Assembly: GCF_024521635.1 (NCBI RefSeq) | Contig: NW_026250403.1 | Span: 2,418,001 to 2,482,000 of the forward strand | Direction: 5' to 3' | Length of the DNA: 64,000 nt | DNA from: Tricharina praecox | Lineage: Eukaryota | In this document: positions 1 through 12,588 of the stretch, in pieces | How positions within the stretch are numbered: the first letter of the stretch is position 1 | Layout of the letters: the number at the start of each line of letters is the position of its first letter | Notes under the pieces: model-generated | Databases searched by the model: none | Told to the model about the DNA's origin: nothing | The model's input: the letters and a program-made list of their open reading frames with translations, nothing else | Translations under genes and position numbers: made by a program

Positions 1-659
1 CAAGTAACTATGAACGCGGTTGACCCGATATGCAGCCAAGATACAGTGAGCAAAAGAAATCGCGGATATTTTCACCAACACCTCCTAGTGGTAGTGCTGG
101 TCTACCTCGCAGAAATTGGTCTTTGTCCGCGATCCAGGGCGTAGCAGCTCCGTCCTCTGAAGATAGTACAGACGGAGTCCTTCGGTCGTCTCTAGGGAAC
201 ATTGAACAGAGGGGATTTGATAATGGGACATCGTTGAAGATGGACCGGTACTGGGACTTGCTCGGTTTGGGCAATGCCGAAGCATCGGCTTTCCAGGCTG
301 AGGGATACAGGTCATTCATACCATTCGACATCCCCAGGGCTGGCCGGGCGGTGGGCGGGCTCGCGGTCGATGCGGTAACGTCAAAAATGATAGCGTGAGT
401 ACATACCTGACTTACCTACATACCTTACTTACCTACATACCTCATATACTCTATGACTCGTATCGAGGATTGACTTTGAAAATCACGAACAGCAGCGTTG
501 GGCCTCAACCAAAACTTACACAAGCTCGCCCTAACTTTATTACAGCTCGAGGTAATAAAGATGGGATTGTCTCCTTCCTCTTCGCTACCTGTCCCTCAAT
601 TATTCCACTGTCCCCCAATTATTCCACTGTCCACAACCACGACTGAGCAGGACTAAATT

Positions 660-2137
660 ATGGCTGCAGTTTCGGAAACCTCTCTTACGGGCCATCCGGT
701 CTTTCCAGATACCTCTTCGCCATCGAGGATTCTACGCCTTGAGGCTGCAAGCAGTGAGTGCTACTGAATTCTGAATATTATGCGCGGGGTTGCTGAATAT
801 ACTGGTAAGATGACTGGACCGATGTGGCGATTGCGCCAAAAGACTCGGCCTTGCGGGACAGATTCACGGGCGAAGAAGTGAACCACATGGGTGCTTCGAA
901 CATTTCTGTTACCTCCGAGTCCGATTTGAAGGTTGACGATGCAACTGTCGACGAAGCGTCCACCTCAGAAGCGCCCACCGTCGATGCCTCAACATCCACT
1001 GCTAGTCAAGCCATAACGATGGAGACCCCTTCGGATGGGGCCTACCCCATTCGTGGCGAGCAAATTCCTGCTCCTCAGCGTGTTGACAATTTGAATCCGG
1101 TGGCGGCTTCTTTTACTCCGAAGCGCAAAATGCCACAGATTTGGCAGACCCAGTGTCGCTGGACGGTACCCCCAGATGACAACGGCAGAGGAGTTGACAA
1201 TTGTCGGTATGGTCGGAGATGTAACTTCGGACATCTTGGCGAGGAGTACTATGAATACCCAGGGCTCAAGCAGTCGTTCACCAATGGAATGAATACGACC
1301 CTCAGTGCGAGAATCTATGGCCATAATTCAACTGCCATGTTCAATCCACGTCCTTACCACGTTAATAGTCGACCTTTACAAGCAAGTTCAGCCAATATTG
1401 CTAGGGGACCTACAGGATACTATGGAGTGCCGCAGTACTATCCGAGTCCCCCAATCACGACCTATCAGCAGTATCCCACTGCCGGGCCCTCTTATCGCGA
1501 TGTACAGCCCGGCATTCAGCAGTACCCGGTCCCGAACTTCATACCCTTCACTACACAGCCTGGAGGCAACCAGTATCCCTCCCAGTATCCCACTCCGAAC
1601 ATGGTCTGTCACAATGCCCAGTCCACAGGTCTCCAGTATCCCGTCCCGAATGGTCTGCGCCCGGATACACCATCGGAAGGCGTGAACGGCGGGCAGGATG
1701 CCCAGAACACCTCGCCGGTAGCACCGTCGGAAGGCGTGAGCGGTGGACAAGATGCCCAGAACACCTCGCCGGTAGCATCAAAAACGACTGTTCCCGAAGC
1801 AGTGGAAGATTGGTCGGGCCCATTGATTGTACACTCGCCCACTCCTCGCCGTCCCCTCGGTCCAGCCGTGAGATCTCCTGCGCGTGTAAAGGCACTCGCC
1901 GATATGCGCAGAAAAAAGAATGGAAGCGATGACAGTCAATCCACTTCCTCTGGGGTTACTAAGAGCCCTCCAGAGTCATCCGGGGAGACGACCGACGAGA
2001 GCGAGAGTTCCTCCGAGGACGCGAAGAGCCAGAGTTCCTCTGAGGATGCGAAGAGCACGATTTACTGCGAGGATGCCAAGAACGAGAGTTCCTCCGAGGA
2101 TGGCAAGGCCGCGAAGGATTCCGAACTTACCACTTGA
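660..2137 (+). CDS. Low-complexity protein with one CCCH-type zinc-finger-like motif (exons 660-753, 810-2137)
   Basis: ATG at 660. An intron GTGAGT(754)...AAG(809) joins in frame to the 437-aa ORF. Motif CRW-x13-CRYGRRCNFGH. 54-bp tandem duplication (PSEGVxGGQDAQNTSPVA) at ~1670-1777 and SSEDAK repeats at the C-terminus. Confidence 0.7.
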
Positions 2138-3375
2138 CGTTGACGAGTGCTTACGGGAATGACTGAAGAGTTGCATCGCCAGCTTCCTCACCCGTGGCTT
2201 TACGATTTACGATTTTCCTTCGACTCTCCCCGCCTGGTTTTACCTATTATTTTCTGCCTTTGGGCATTATTGTTTCGAGTTTTTTTTTACTCTCTTTAAT
2301 GATGTTCAAGTGCGACAATCTTGTATCCTAGCCTCTAATTTGGTTGATTTGTGATGAGCACACATGCTCAGGATGATGGATCAGGAATTTGCGTGTTGCA
2401 ACTTGCAGTTTTTTGAGGTTTTCAATGGGGGATTTTGATGGTACTCAGCTAAGAGTCAGAGAGGGAAACGAATGGGCTTTGTCTCTTTGTTCTTTTCTTT
2501 GCAGTTTGTCTGATGAGGGCTCGATTTGTGAGTCCTCTGTTTACCGTCGATTAATTGAGGACATAATTCACGAATTTGTTACTTGTGTGAGATTATTCGG
2601 CCATTTTTTCTGGTGACCTTCCAAGGAGTACCGTATGCGCTTCACATTGGTGCGCACTGCACAAGCTCCGCGCCGAGGCCTCGTATGGACCTGCGTACAT
2701 GCTCAAAGTTCGAGATGCCCTAGTCAAGACTTTTACAGACCGCGTCATCTAAGACTATAGTAGAGTTCGGGAGTCGTATGCACCAAGGACTGGAAGGTGA
2801 TCGAAGTGTCTGCCCTACTAAAAGTTTTAAGTGGTCTCGCTCGGACGACTTTTTTTATAGTCTTTTTTTGCTAGGAGACTTACTTACGTGAGGAGTAAAG
2901 CAAGATACTGTCGATCAGACCAATTTCGGCCAAGATCCAAAGGATGGACGAGCAGAGTTCGGAAGACTCAAGTTCGTCAGGCCGGCAAGAGACGAGTGAG
3001 ATATTGTGGATGACTGTGCCTAATAGGGATGAAGCCCATCACGGCCCACTAGTCCACGCCGTTTAAGGAATCCACGGAACGATGTTACAATGTCACAATG
3101 TCGCAATGTCCAGAAGCATAGTATTGAATCGTAGAGCTCTTTTTTTCTTCGATTCTTCGAATTGATATAAATAAGTGCCTACATACAAGTTGCATACCCA
3201 GATCATGCCCGCCCCACACACCACCCCCACTCCATCCCCTTTTATATGCAGAGCAACAGAAACGCCAACAAGCCAATGCGCCAGTTCAGATGTAGATGAT
3301 ATAAGCAAGACACAGTTGTAACGCCGACCCCGACATAGGAAATGATGAATGCGAATGTGAATGGAAGAATGCAGA

Positions 3376-3658
3376 TCATATACCACCCGCGCCTCCTCCC
3401 CCTCCCGCGCTTCCTCCGCCGCCGCAATTGCTCGTGTTCACAGCCATGACCCTCGTAACCTCGCCTTCCAACTGGCAACCCAGCGCCCCCAGTCGTTGCA
3501 ACAACTCCGCCATCTCCTTACCCCCGCACCTCATCCGCTCAACCGAGCATTCGAGCGCGTCCACCCGCCTCTTCAGCGTGCGATTCGCATCCAGCAGTCT
3601 ATCCACACTGCCGGCGCAATGCTCGCACCTAGCCTGGGGCTTATCTCCATCTCCCACC

Positions 3659-3689
<31 letters not shown>

Positions 3690-4707
3690 CCCTATCCCCC
3701 TCACTCCCCCTGCGTTTCTTCAGCTCCAACCACAGCCCCTTCTCAATCCTCGCGGCATTGCCGACAATACGACACCACTGCCCGCCGCTAGCATGCAGCT
3801 CCACCCGGGCCTCATCGCGCTCCCTTCGCAGCTCCTCGACGGTCTCCTCGAGCATTTCGATATTTGCCACCAGGCGCTCGCGGTCCAGCGCGTTCTGCTC
3901 GTTCTCGTTCTCGAACGCCAGCATCTTCTTCTCAAGGGTCTCGGCACGTTTCTGTGAGCGCAGGAGCGCCGCTGACAGCTGCGTCGCGTCTTTTTTTAGT
4001 GTCTCGTGCGTGAGCTTCAACGTCACTGTGCTGCTGCTCCCCCCGCCGTTTGTCAGGCCTGGGGTCTGCGCTAGCGGCGGTCGGGTGGCGTCAACGGCGG
4101 CGGCACCGGGGGTGCCGTGCGAGGGCGGGTGCCGCGATAATACCTCGACCCGGGTGTGCAGCGTGGTGTACACGGCCTCGAGACACGCGCCGATATCGTC
4201 CAGAGTCGGGAACTCGGGCATGGACATCTTTGATGTGGCAGGTTTGGACGGGGAGTGTTGTTGCGGCGGGGCCGTGGCGTCGAGGTGGTTGCTGAGGTCT
4301 TGCACTACATTGTAGATTTGGCTGACGATGCCCGAGAGGCTGTAGGCGGTCGGGTATGCGAGGCGGCGTTGGTAGTGCGTGCGCTGCGGCTGCGTGGGAT
4401 ACGGTGGTGCCGCCGCCGTCACGGAGTGCGACGGTATTGACGGTGGTGTCGGGATCGGAGGCGGTGGGAGGTCCGATACTGAGTCGGCGTGAGGACGCTT
4501 GTTGTTTGCGTTGCGGAGCGGCGCGAGGGTTGTCGGCGAAGAGTGGGTGTAGTCATAGGAGCCCGGAGGAGAGAGTCCAGCATAGACCGAAGGCGGGGGA
4601 GGCGGCGGCGGTGGTGGAGGAGGAGGTGGAGGCCGTGGAGAAGATGAAGGCGCGCGACGCCCGGTCATGCGCGGCGGTGTCTCCCATATTCGATGAGGAG
4701 TTGGCAT
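3376..4707 (-). CDS. Hypothetical protein with Pro-rich N-terminus and C-terminal coiled coil
   Basis: 443-aa ORF with coding-like codon usage and a heptad-rich segment (LKKDATQLSAALLRSQKRAETLEKK...LEETVEELRRERDEA). Confidence 0.75.
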
Positions 4708-7700
4708 ACTCCGAGCGGCCGTGGCTGGTGGTGGTGGTGCCGCTGTAGATAATTAGATTATGGATACAGGCACCTAGCACCTTTTTTGCGACAAGCCGGA
4801 GGAGGTGGACACTGATAGATTTGTACCGTCACGCCGAAGAAGAATCTATATACACTGGGGGGCGAGGTATATAGATATAAGGCGGTTATAAGGGCGGGAC
4901 GGAGGGTGGGGTTGATTCGAGTGGCCGAGAGACGACGCCACAGCGGGAGAACCACGGAGATAACGATTCGGAGCGGCTGGGGCGGGCAAAGCAGCGAAGG
5001 GCGTCTTACTTAAGTATGTAAAGCGACAGATGGGAGGGCAGGATAACGCAGTGAGGATCGGCGGAGAAGAGCACGTGTGGAGTGAAGTGGTTTTGATTAT
5101 CTCAGTGAGTTTTCAATAGCACGGCGTAGTGGTGGTGGTGGTGATGATGCGGCTTTGCTGATGAAGAGGAGGAGGAGGAAGAAGGAGATGCGGACCGGGG
5201 GGTGGGGACCAATCCGCGCTAAACGGAACACCCAGAGTGCTGGGATTTGCTAGCCGGTTGGCAAAGACGGCAGGAGAGGAAGAACGAGAACTTCGAGAAG
5301 GTGATGGCGCTGGCCGGAACGATTGTTGGGCCCCGGGCGGGGCAGGAGCCTCGGAATATAAGCACGACGGCGGCAACTAGAAGCACGGAAGTCCGCAGGG
5401 CCTTGCAGCAGTTGCTTGGTGCATTCGGTACTTTCCAGCGCCACTGCGACAACCCCACCACCAATACTATTTACTAGAATACCGTACTACTACTCTGTAC
5501 TACTATCACCACCATCGCCATCACCACCGCCACTCAGCTTGCGCCAGAGTTCGTCATGAGCCTCGCCTCTACTCCTTCGCCTCCTCCGTCGCATCCACCG
5601 CTTCGTCAGCCAGCATCCATCGGCCTCGAAAAGGAAGCACACATAGAGTAAAGTACCTCCTCGCCCATATCCTACCCTTCCCCGCAGATTAATGGTGCCA
5701 GCCACTCTATCATACTCTCCATGTCATCCTCGCACTCTCCGCCGGACTCTCGCCATCCCACCCTGCCTCCCCAGTCGTTGCAGCACGATGCATGCGCATG
5801 CGGTGTTAGGGCTGCACACATTCCGGTAACTATCTGCACTACGGGTCGAAGCTCCTTTTGGAAAAGGGGTTAGGTAACGCAACTCTGCGCTTACAAAAGC
5901 CGCGCCAGCGATGACATCCCCCGCTGCTGTCCGCCGCCACCAGCCTAGTCATCCGGCCTTCAGTCACCCGACAGTCGTGGCCGGCCGAGTGTGCGATTGC
6001 GAGCGCGGCGTGTTCTCTCCAGCTAGAGCGAGGCTCGGTCGTGTTCGTGTGTTAGTTCGAATGCTTTGGCATGTGTGTGCGCGCCCCCTCTCCCCGCTCG
6101 GAAGATGGCAACGGGAGCCGACGCAAGTGGCGGCAATGCCGTACGCGTGTCACCCCCTTGATTACTACTCCGCCTCGATTCTCAGCCCTACAGAACTACA
6201 CCCTCCAATACAGAGTGCTTGCCTCATCGTACGCTTGGCCGTATCGCACCTCGTAATCACTCTGCGGACAGCACTGCGATGCTTAGTGCACCGACCGCGC
6301 TGGCTGGTGGCACCGTCTCCCTCTGTTCGGTGAGCCGTTGGTACCTTACATCGCCGAAACACGGTTCTGACACCGTCCGCAAAACGTTCGGCGGATTCGA
6401 TTCCTGGTTGTGTCACTTCGGTCGAGTCATCGTGACGGACCCGGTTACGAAAACCAAAAACCACTGGGCTTCGATGGTCCGTCTTATGCTTGGAGCACAT
6501 GGATATCCTGCCAGATTGAAGGGATGCGTATTAGGTCACTCTGTGCATGCTGACTGTTCGCTTAACGTGGAGAAGAAGAAGAAAGTCCCCTTCGCATTCG
6601 ATTCGCTAATGGAAACAAGGTCGGGTGAACTCACACAAGCTTACGGGCCATGGTCTGGTGGCCCCATAACCCTGCGCCCACCAGAATGGGAGCTAGCTGG
6701 TTCACCCCGTACGGGAGATTGGGGGCTTTCGATCCCTATTGGCTGAGTTCTCGATCATGAAGAGTGTGATACCTCTCTGTCAGTTCTATTTCATTGGCTC
6801 TCACTCGCTCTGAGAGCCGCACTGCCGTGTGCTGACCAAAGTGGTTCGGGCCCCAAGGCAACCATCCATCCATTCGGATTCCCAGTTGCTCGAGGAACGT
6901 TCACACCGGGTTGTACCATGCAACACCTGTCAGGCCGCAACCGTTTTCGAGGCGGGCCGTCTGGTGGCTCGCTGCCTCCCTCCCGCGAGTCTCAACCCGC
7001 CATTCGGTTCAGGACGAGATTTGCATAAGCGCATATATATACGGACCACCAAGCTAGCATCTGGCGGGTGGTGGTGATGGTGGTGGTGGTAGTGCAGCCA
7101 TGGCCGTGTTGTGCTGAACGTTAGTACACGCCTGGTTCGAACTAAACCCGAGTTTTCTATCTACCTGCATGCGGAATAATCATCGCCACTAGAGCACGAT
7201 GGAGACGGCAATCACGGCAGATGGTTGCGCTGCACAACCCGCTGCCCAATGTCTTCCCGAGTGGTCCATATATCCGCGGCGACATGCATCCTGAGCCGTA
7301 AAGTCTCCGCACGGAGTCATATCAGTGACCAACAGCGTGCGGGCGGGCGATGCCGATGCCCCCCCATCTCCACCCGGAAGCGGCCAACGAATGATCAAAG
7401 CCCATATCCTCGTCGACCCAAGTTCTTCACCGCGCATGTGGCCCCCGCATGCAAGCAATGTTTATGCCAGGCGAGCGCTCACTTGTTTCATGTTTGTCCA
7501 GAAACGCCCGCTGGAAGATCGCTCGCCGGAACCTGCCGTGAGCTCATATGGCGCTCGACCAATAGGTTAGCTTCCGATGATGGGTCTGCAAGAACGAGCA
7601 TCAGTAATCAAGGCGTCAACTACCCCTGCTTGCACAGGAAGCTCACTAATCATCGGCAGCAGGCCATAATCGGCTGCCTACATACATATGTGCGTGGCAG

Positions 7701-10700
7701 ACATGGAGTAAGTTGGGCAAGGATGCGTTGGCTGGTCGATCGTGGTGATGGGGGGGAGGGGGGGGGGACGAGATTTCGAGTTCTGTGATGTCAGGAATTT
7801 GGGGAGAGGAACTGCTGGTGACAGACGGACACCCCCAGGGTTGCCGGTTGATACGCAATGGTTTATACTACTACTTTTCCGTGGTGTGTAATTTCTCGAG
7901 GAGTTTTGTTATTTTGGGGCAAGAACCTAGGTAGGTGAGTACTTTGCTGACACCTCAGTCCTCTGGGTGACAGAATGCCGACTCACTCAGCATTCAAGTC
8001 ATGGTACGCGCATAAGGTAGAGATTATCATCGAGGGTATACCTACACGGTTACTAACCTCACTCCCGTGCAAACCGGTTCAACCAATCATGAAAAGCGAT
8101 CCTAACCGTACCCTGTCTGCTGAGTGCTTGCTTGCTTGCTCCAGCTGCCTTGCCCGGTTTGCGCAAAAGGCATGAATCATGATGCCGATACGCGCAGGGG
8201 TTCGCCTTGCCTCCATCGCCGATTCTGGGCCGACTCGCATCCGGTGACAATCTCGATTCTCGACGGCGCTGGTGCGGAGTATACGTATCAGGATTCAAGA
8301 TTCAAGATTCAGAGGTTGGGAAGGGTATTCAGTGATGTGTATGTCTGAATGGGTCATTGATGTAGCGTTCACGCCACCCCCAGGATCGCTTTGTCATTGG
8401 AGATCCTCACGTTGCCGCACTTTGGGCTTGGAGGGCGTAGCAAGTCATCGAGAAGTCAGGTGATGGCCCATGGGAGGTCACGCGGACTGAATCATGATAT
8501 GTCACTCGAGAGATAGTCAAATTGGCGGAAATATTCTACGACCGCGTGCAAGTAAGCGATGTAGACATCCGTAGACATCGTGTATTGCATGCGTATTGAG
8601 ATTCTAAAAAGCGAACAGCTAACAGCTGGGCCAGAAGAACGGGGGCTGAATCGAAATCGTCAGCCTCTAAGCTGCGCCACACTGCCCAGCGACGGTTCAG
8701 CACTTTCAACCGTACACCTATTCAGCCCCTCCAGCACTCCCAAATTCACAATGACTATTTCCACACGCTTACATACAACGAATTCTGTCTCAGCCCCCCC
8801 TGAGGCTGAACTCCGTGGGTCTCCGTCTCTCCGTCTCGAGAGGGTAGCATATTAGTCCTATCGAGACCCAGCAAGTGCACGTTTTGGACTGTCACGAGAA
8901 TTAGGTCATAGACTCGGAAGTTGGAATCATCCCAGTTATCGATAACGCACTTGGATCGTCGTCGGGGATGAATGATTTGCTGTTGCTGTTGCTCCCTGAT
9001 CCAGCTATCAAGCAGGTTTTCTTATATTACATGCCCGTTGCATGAGTAGGTGGGTAATCATATATACATCCCACCTGAAGTGTCCGGTAATGGCCATTGG
9101 AACTTAGCCAATGGCATTGCACACGACAGTAATTGTCTGAGGTCTCTACCAGGCGGCCCGCTGAGGCCAAGGATAGTAGGATACTAACTTACTCCATACG
9201 ATGATCGCCCCGCTGAACGAATGCCAGCCGTGCTGTACTAGGTAGGTATACGATCAATACCGGCACTTCATTCAAATTTCGAGCTCACTGAACGTGAGTC
9301 GTGACTGTCCTTGATGTGAGATTGCTGGAGCCTGGAGCCTGGAGCATGCTGGAAGCTGCAGTTTGCGAGGTAAACTGTGATACGACCTGCGACCTGCGGG
9401 TCGGCGTTTCCTGCGTGAGATCCTCCGGCCCCGGCCCCGGCTCCGATGATGATGACTGTGATGACAGTGATGACACCGGTGCCGGTGGTGTCTTACCTAA
9501 CACTAGGCAATTGGATTAGGCAACCACCAAGATTGGAGTGCGGGGGTAGAAGTAGTGTAACTAGCTGGTAAACATGGTGATTTACAGTGCGTGTGGTGTC
9601 TAAGATTATGATGGCCGCAAGGAAGTGGCGTGGCTTTTTTTTGGAGGGAGCGTTTCATAATTCTGTATCCGGCCGTGTTCGGCCATGAAAGCTTTAAGTA
9701 CATACTCCGCTTCCTAAATCGACCAGACACCGAGGCATCTGATGATAATTCTGATCTGATCGATGGGGTTTATACTAGTGGTGTGAAATGGCGTGGGCTT
9801 TTTTTGTTTGACCATGATTCATACTCGCAGTGAACCTGTAGAGATTATGGCGGCCACGTATGCGCAGTCCAAATCACTGGCTCGGGACGGCAGTGATAGC
9901 CTCGCCGTCCACCATTCGCCTGGGCCTGGCAAAATGGCGTGGCTACCTATCATTGGCGAATTAGATGAGAATTCGATGTTGCGAGTGAGAATCCGTGAGG
10001 ATGTATTTATGCATCCAGAAGATATGCGAAGGCAGGAATACGGCTAGGCCTACAGAAACCCTCTACATACTGGAGATTTGTCTCACTTTCACTAACGAAA
10101 ACACCGCATGACTGTTGGGGCCTCCTGTGCATTACCTCAGCAACACGAAGGGACCCCGGCAAACGTGGATAAATAATTGCGCCGCTTATGTAGCGAGATC
10201 GCCCGAAGATCCAAATACGCCGGCAATCATTGTCGTAGGGCCGGTATTCGGTCAGGCAAGTGGCCACCACAGCTGATCCGCAAGTGCTATTGTGCTCGTG
10301 GCCATTCAATGTTTGCTGGCGTGAATCCTTGCCATGATAACTAACCGAGAAGGTTGATTACAACTCGACGTCGAAGCGGTGCCATGCCGTGTCACTATAC
10401 TCCGGATACTCCGCAACCGCCGCACTCTACTCTAGGTACTCTAGAGTAGGTGCTCTACACTGACAAGGGAGGGAATTAACTAGCCTTCAACCATGCGAAT
10501 CGCATAGCTCACGGTAGCTGGGGCGAAACGAAACTGGCCAGGCTGTAGGTGTTACTAACGACGTTACGTTACGTGTAGAGTGGTTATCCCGGAAGCCCGA
10601 CTGTGATTACATACTTGCAACATACTCGCACAATACTCGCAATCCCCGCCTCGCCTCGCGTCTTTGCTCGCTTCGGCCTCGCTTACCTGTTGAGGGTGAA

Positions 10701-11254
10701 TTTTTCATTTTCCACAGGCCAACTTCCAGGTGAGATTCTGGTCGCTTCTGCACGCTGAGTCGTAGGGCTTATCGGGCCTTCTACTACATACATGCCAGGT
10801 AGGTAGACGTGGGCTGACGATCGCCGTTGCTGACGGGTGGATGGTTCTTCGTACCTATGCATACTGAAACTTATTGTCGAACTTCAAGTCGTTTATATAT
10901 CTACCGTGCTCTCCATAGTTGCCATCATCATCGAATTAAACCATTACAATAAAAGTTGTCCACGAAGCATAATTGTCTCTTGCGAGTGAGAACATGTGAT
11001 GAAGTGGGGCTCGGATTTAGTCTGTATGTAGAAGCGTTTCGTCTTCCATGCGGGGAGGGTTAAGTGGTGAGCAGGAAGGTTTGACTCGAGTGGAGGGATG
11101 GGCGGAGAGCAATAGGGAACCGGTATCGAGCTCGTGGCCAGCGGTCGCCGGTCGGTATGTAATAGTCGGGTGGAAACCTATCTTTAATCTGCCATGATCT
11201 ACTCGGCCGAATCTCACGATGATTAATCCAAAAATAACAGCGGCGTGTGATAAC

Positions 11255-11392
11255 CCCGTGCCAAACCGGGCTCGAACCAAAAACCTTCACCACCCCCGGT
11301 GGGTGGCTTGGAAACCCCGATAGTAGGAGCGGTGTCCTTGTTAACTCCGCCGGGTGCGTGACCGCTAGGCCACGCGGGTTTTTTCCGTGCTG
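11255..11392 (-). mobile_element. Divergent copy of the tRNA-derived SINE-like/Pol III element
   Basis: Minus strand reads gcacggaaaaaacccgcgTGGCCTAGCGG (A-box)...ggggtttccaagccacccacc...gggtggtgaaggTTTTT followed by GGTTCGAGCCC (B-box-like). Both ends are shared with the copies at 26.1 and 37.0 kb. Confidence 0.5.
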
Positions 11393-11819
11393 TAAACTTA
11401 CTACGCGCGCTTATGAACCCGTCTGGGCTCTGCTATGTTCTAACCCAGCGACTCAGCAGGAGTGTTATTACCCACTACCTTATCGACGAACTTCATATCG
11501 TGTATACAGCTACTGCGCTCTCCATAACTGCCATTATTAAGCATATGATCTCGACACATGCGTGCGTACTCATACTGGCTGAGCTTCGTAAGGATGACTA
11601 TGTACAGCTGCTGCACCCACCATAGCTGCCATCATGAAATTAGACATGTCGACGAAGGATTATTTTCTCTCGCGAGTGAGGATTTGTGATAAACTGTGGT
11701 TCGGATTTATGCTAGGAAAGCCTTCCGTTTTCCATGATCGAATCTGCTACTATAGAGCTCCCCTCTTAGCAAAACAACACAATGGTCGCCGTCGAACCCG
11801 CCACCACCGCCCTCCATAT

Positions 11820-12045
11820 GCATAAAATGCAGAAACCTCGAATCCAATCGAACCCGGAGCATGGGTTGGAGCCTGGCCGTCAGCCACTTGCTAAGTCCCA
11901 AGTTCCCATTCGTCGGCCTTTTCGTTCCCGGAGAACCCTTTTGTGTACCGGACACCACCTGATATCGATGGTGATTTCCTGTACCGAGCTTGGCGACAAA
12001 CCCATTGCCTAGGAACCATAACGCCGCACCGAGTGATTATTCTTG
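11820..12045 (-). mobile_element. Degenerate non-LTR (Tad1-like LINE) RNase H fragment
   Basis: Minus-strand translation ITIDIRWCPVHK..GNEKADEW (frameshifted), the RNase H WxPxHxGxxGNExAD motif. Confidence 0.65.
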
Positions 12046-12392
12046 TCACGCCACACGCCGCTCGACGAAGGTCGGAAAGATCAAGAGGTGATTATAATTC
12101 TATTATTGCTGAGCTGACAACACATAACCGTGACATAAAGCAAAAACAAAGTACGTTATTCCGTCTCACACAACCCTTCAACATATAAAACCCTCAGACA
12201 GGCACATCCATGATCCCCGCCACTTGCTCGAATAGCCCAAAGACAAAACCTCCTGCCCCACTACTCCGAGAAAAAGTCATTGGAAACCCGAAAAGAAAAG
12301 TGGTAATCGTACAGAATGATTGTGGAGAAGGAAGGTCGAAGATGGAATCTGATCCGGCGCACTATCATAGATACTAAGGGTCCGGCGAGCAC

Positions 12393-12588
12393 TTAGCAGA
12401 TGGTGCACATGTGGTCTATTAGAGTATCGGTCGTCAGCTACTATTGAAATTTGATCGGGACTATTGAGGGAGGGAGGGATGAGAGGTAATTAACAGTGGC
12501 CCGGGGGTTGTCCATTGTGACCGGGAGCAGCGGGAGTGTTGCCTTCCTCGGAGGTAGCAGTGGAGACGATTTGGATGGATGGCTGCAT
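12393..12588 (-). CDS. a-factor-like CAAX pheromone precursor, copy A: MQPSIQIVSTATSEEGNTPAAPGHNGQPPGHYHMCTIC (exons 12588-12495, 12415-12393)
   Basis: 79-nt intron GTTAAT...GCTGAC...TAG (weaker donor than B/C). The spliced ORF is 38 aa and ends in CTIC*. TATAAA at 12715-12710. Confidence 0.8.

Noticed and set aside
8-398. Overlapping short ORFs at the window start
   Set aside because: No recognisable domain, and the coding strand cannot be decided.
3361-4748. Long plus-strand ORFs (3361-3957, 3428-4315)
   Set aside because: Antisense shadows of the GC-rich minus-strand gene.
8900-9850. Possible decayed retroelement gag-like region
   Set aside because: Only vague motif resemblance across broken frames; cannot support a call.
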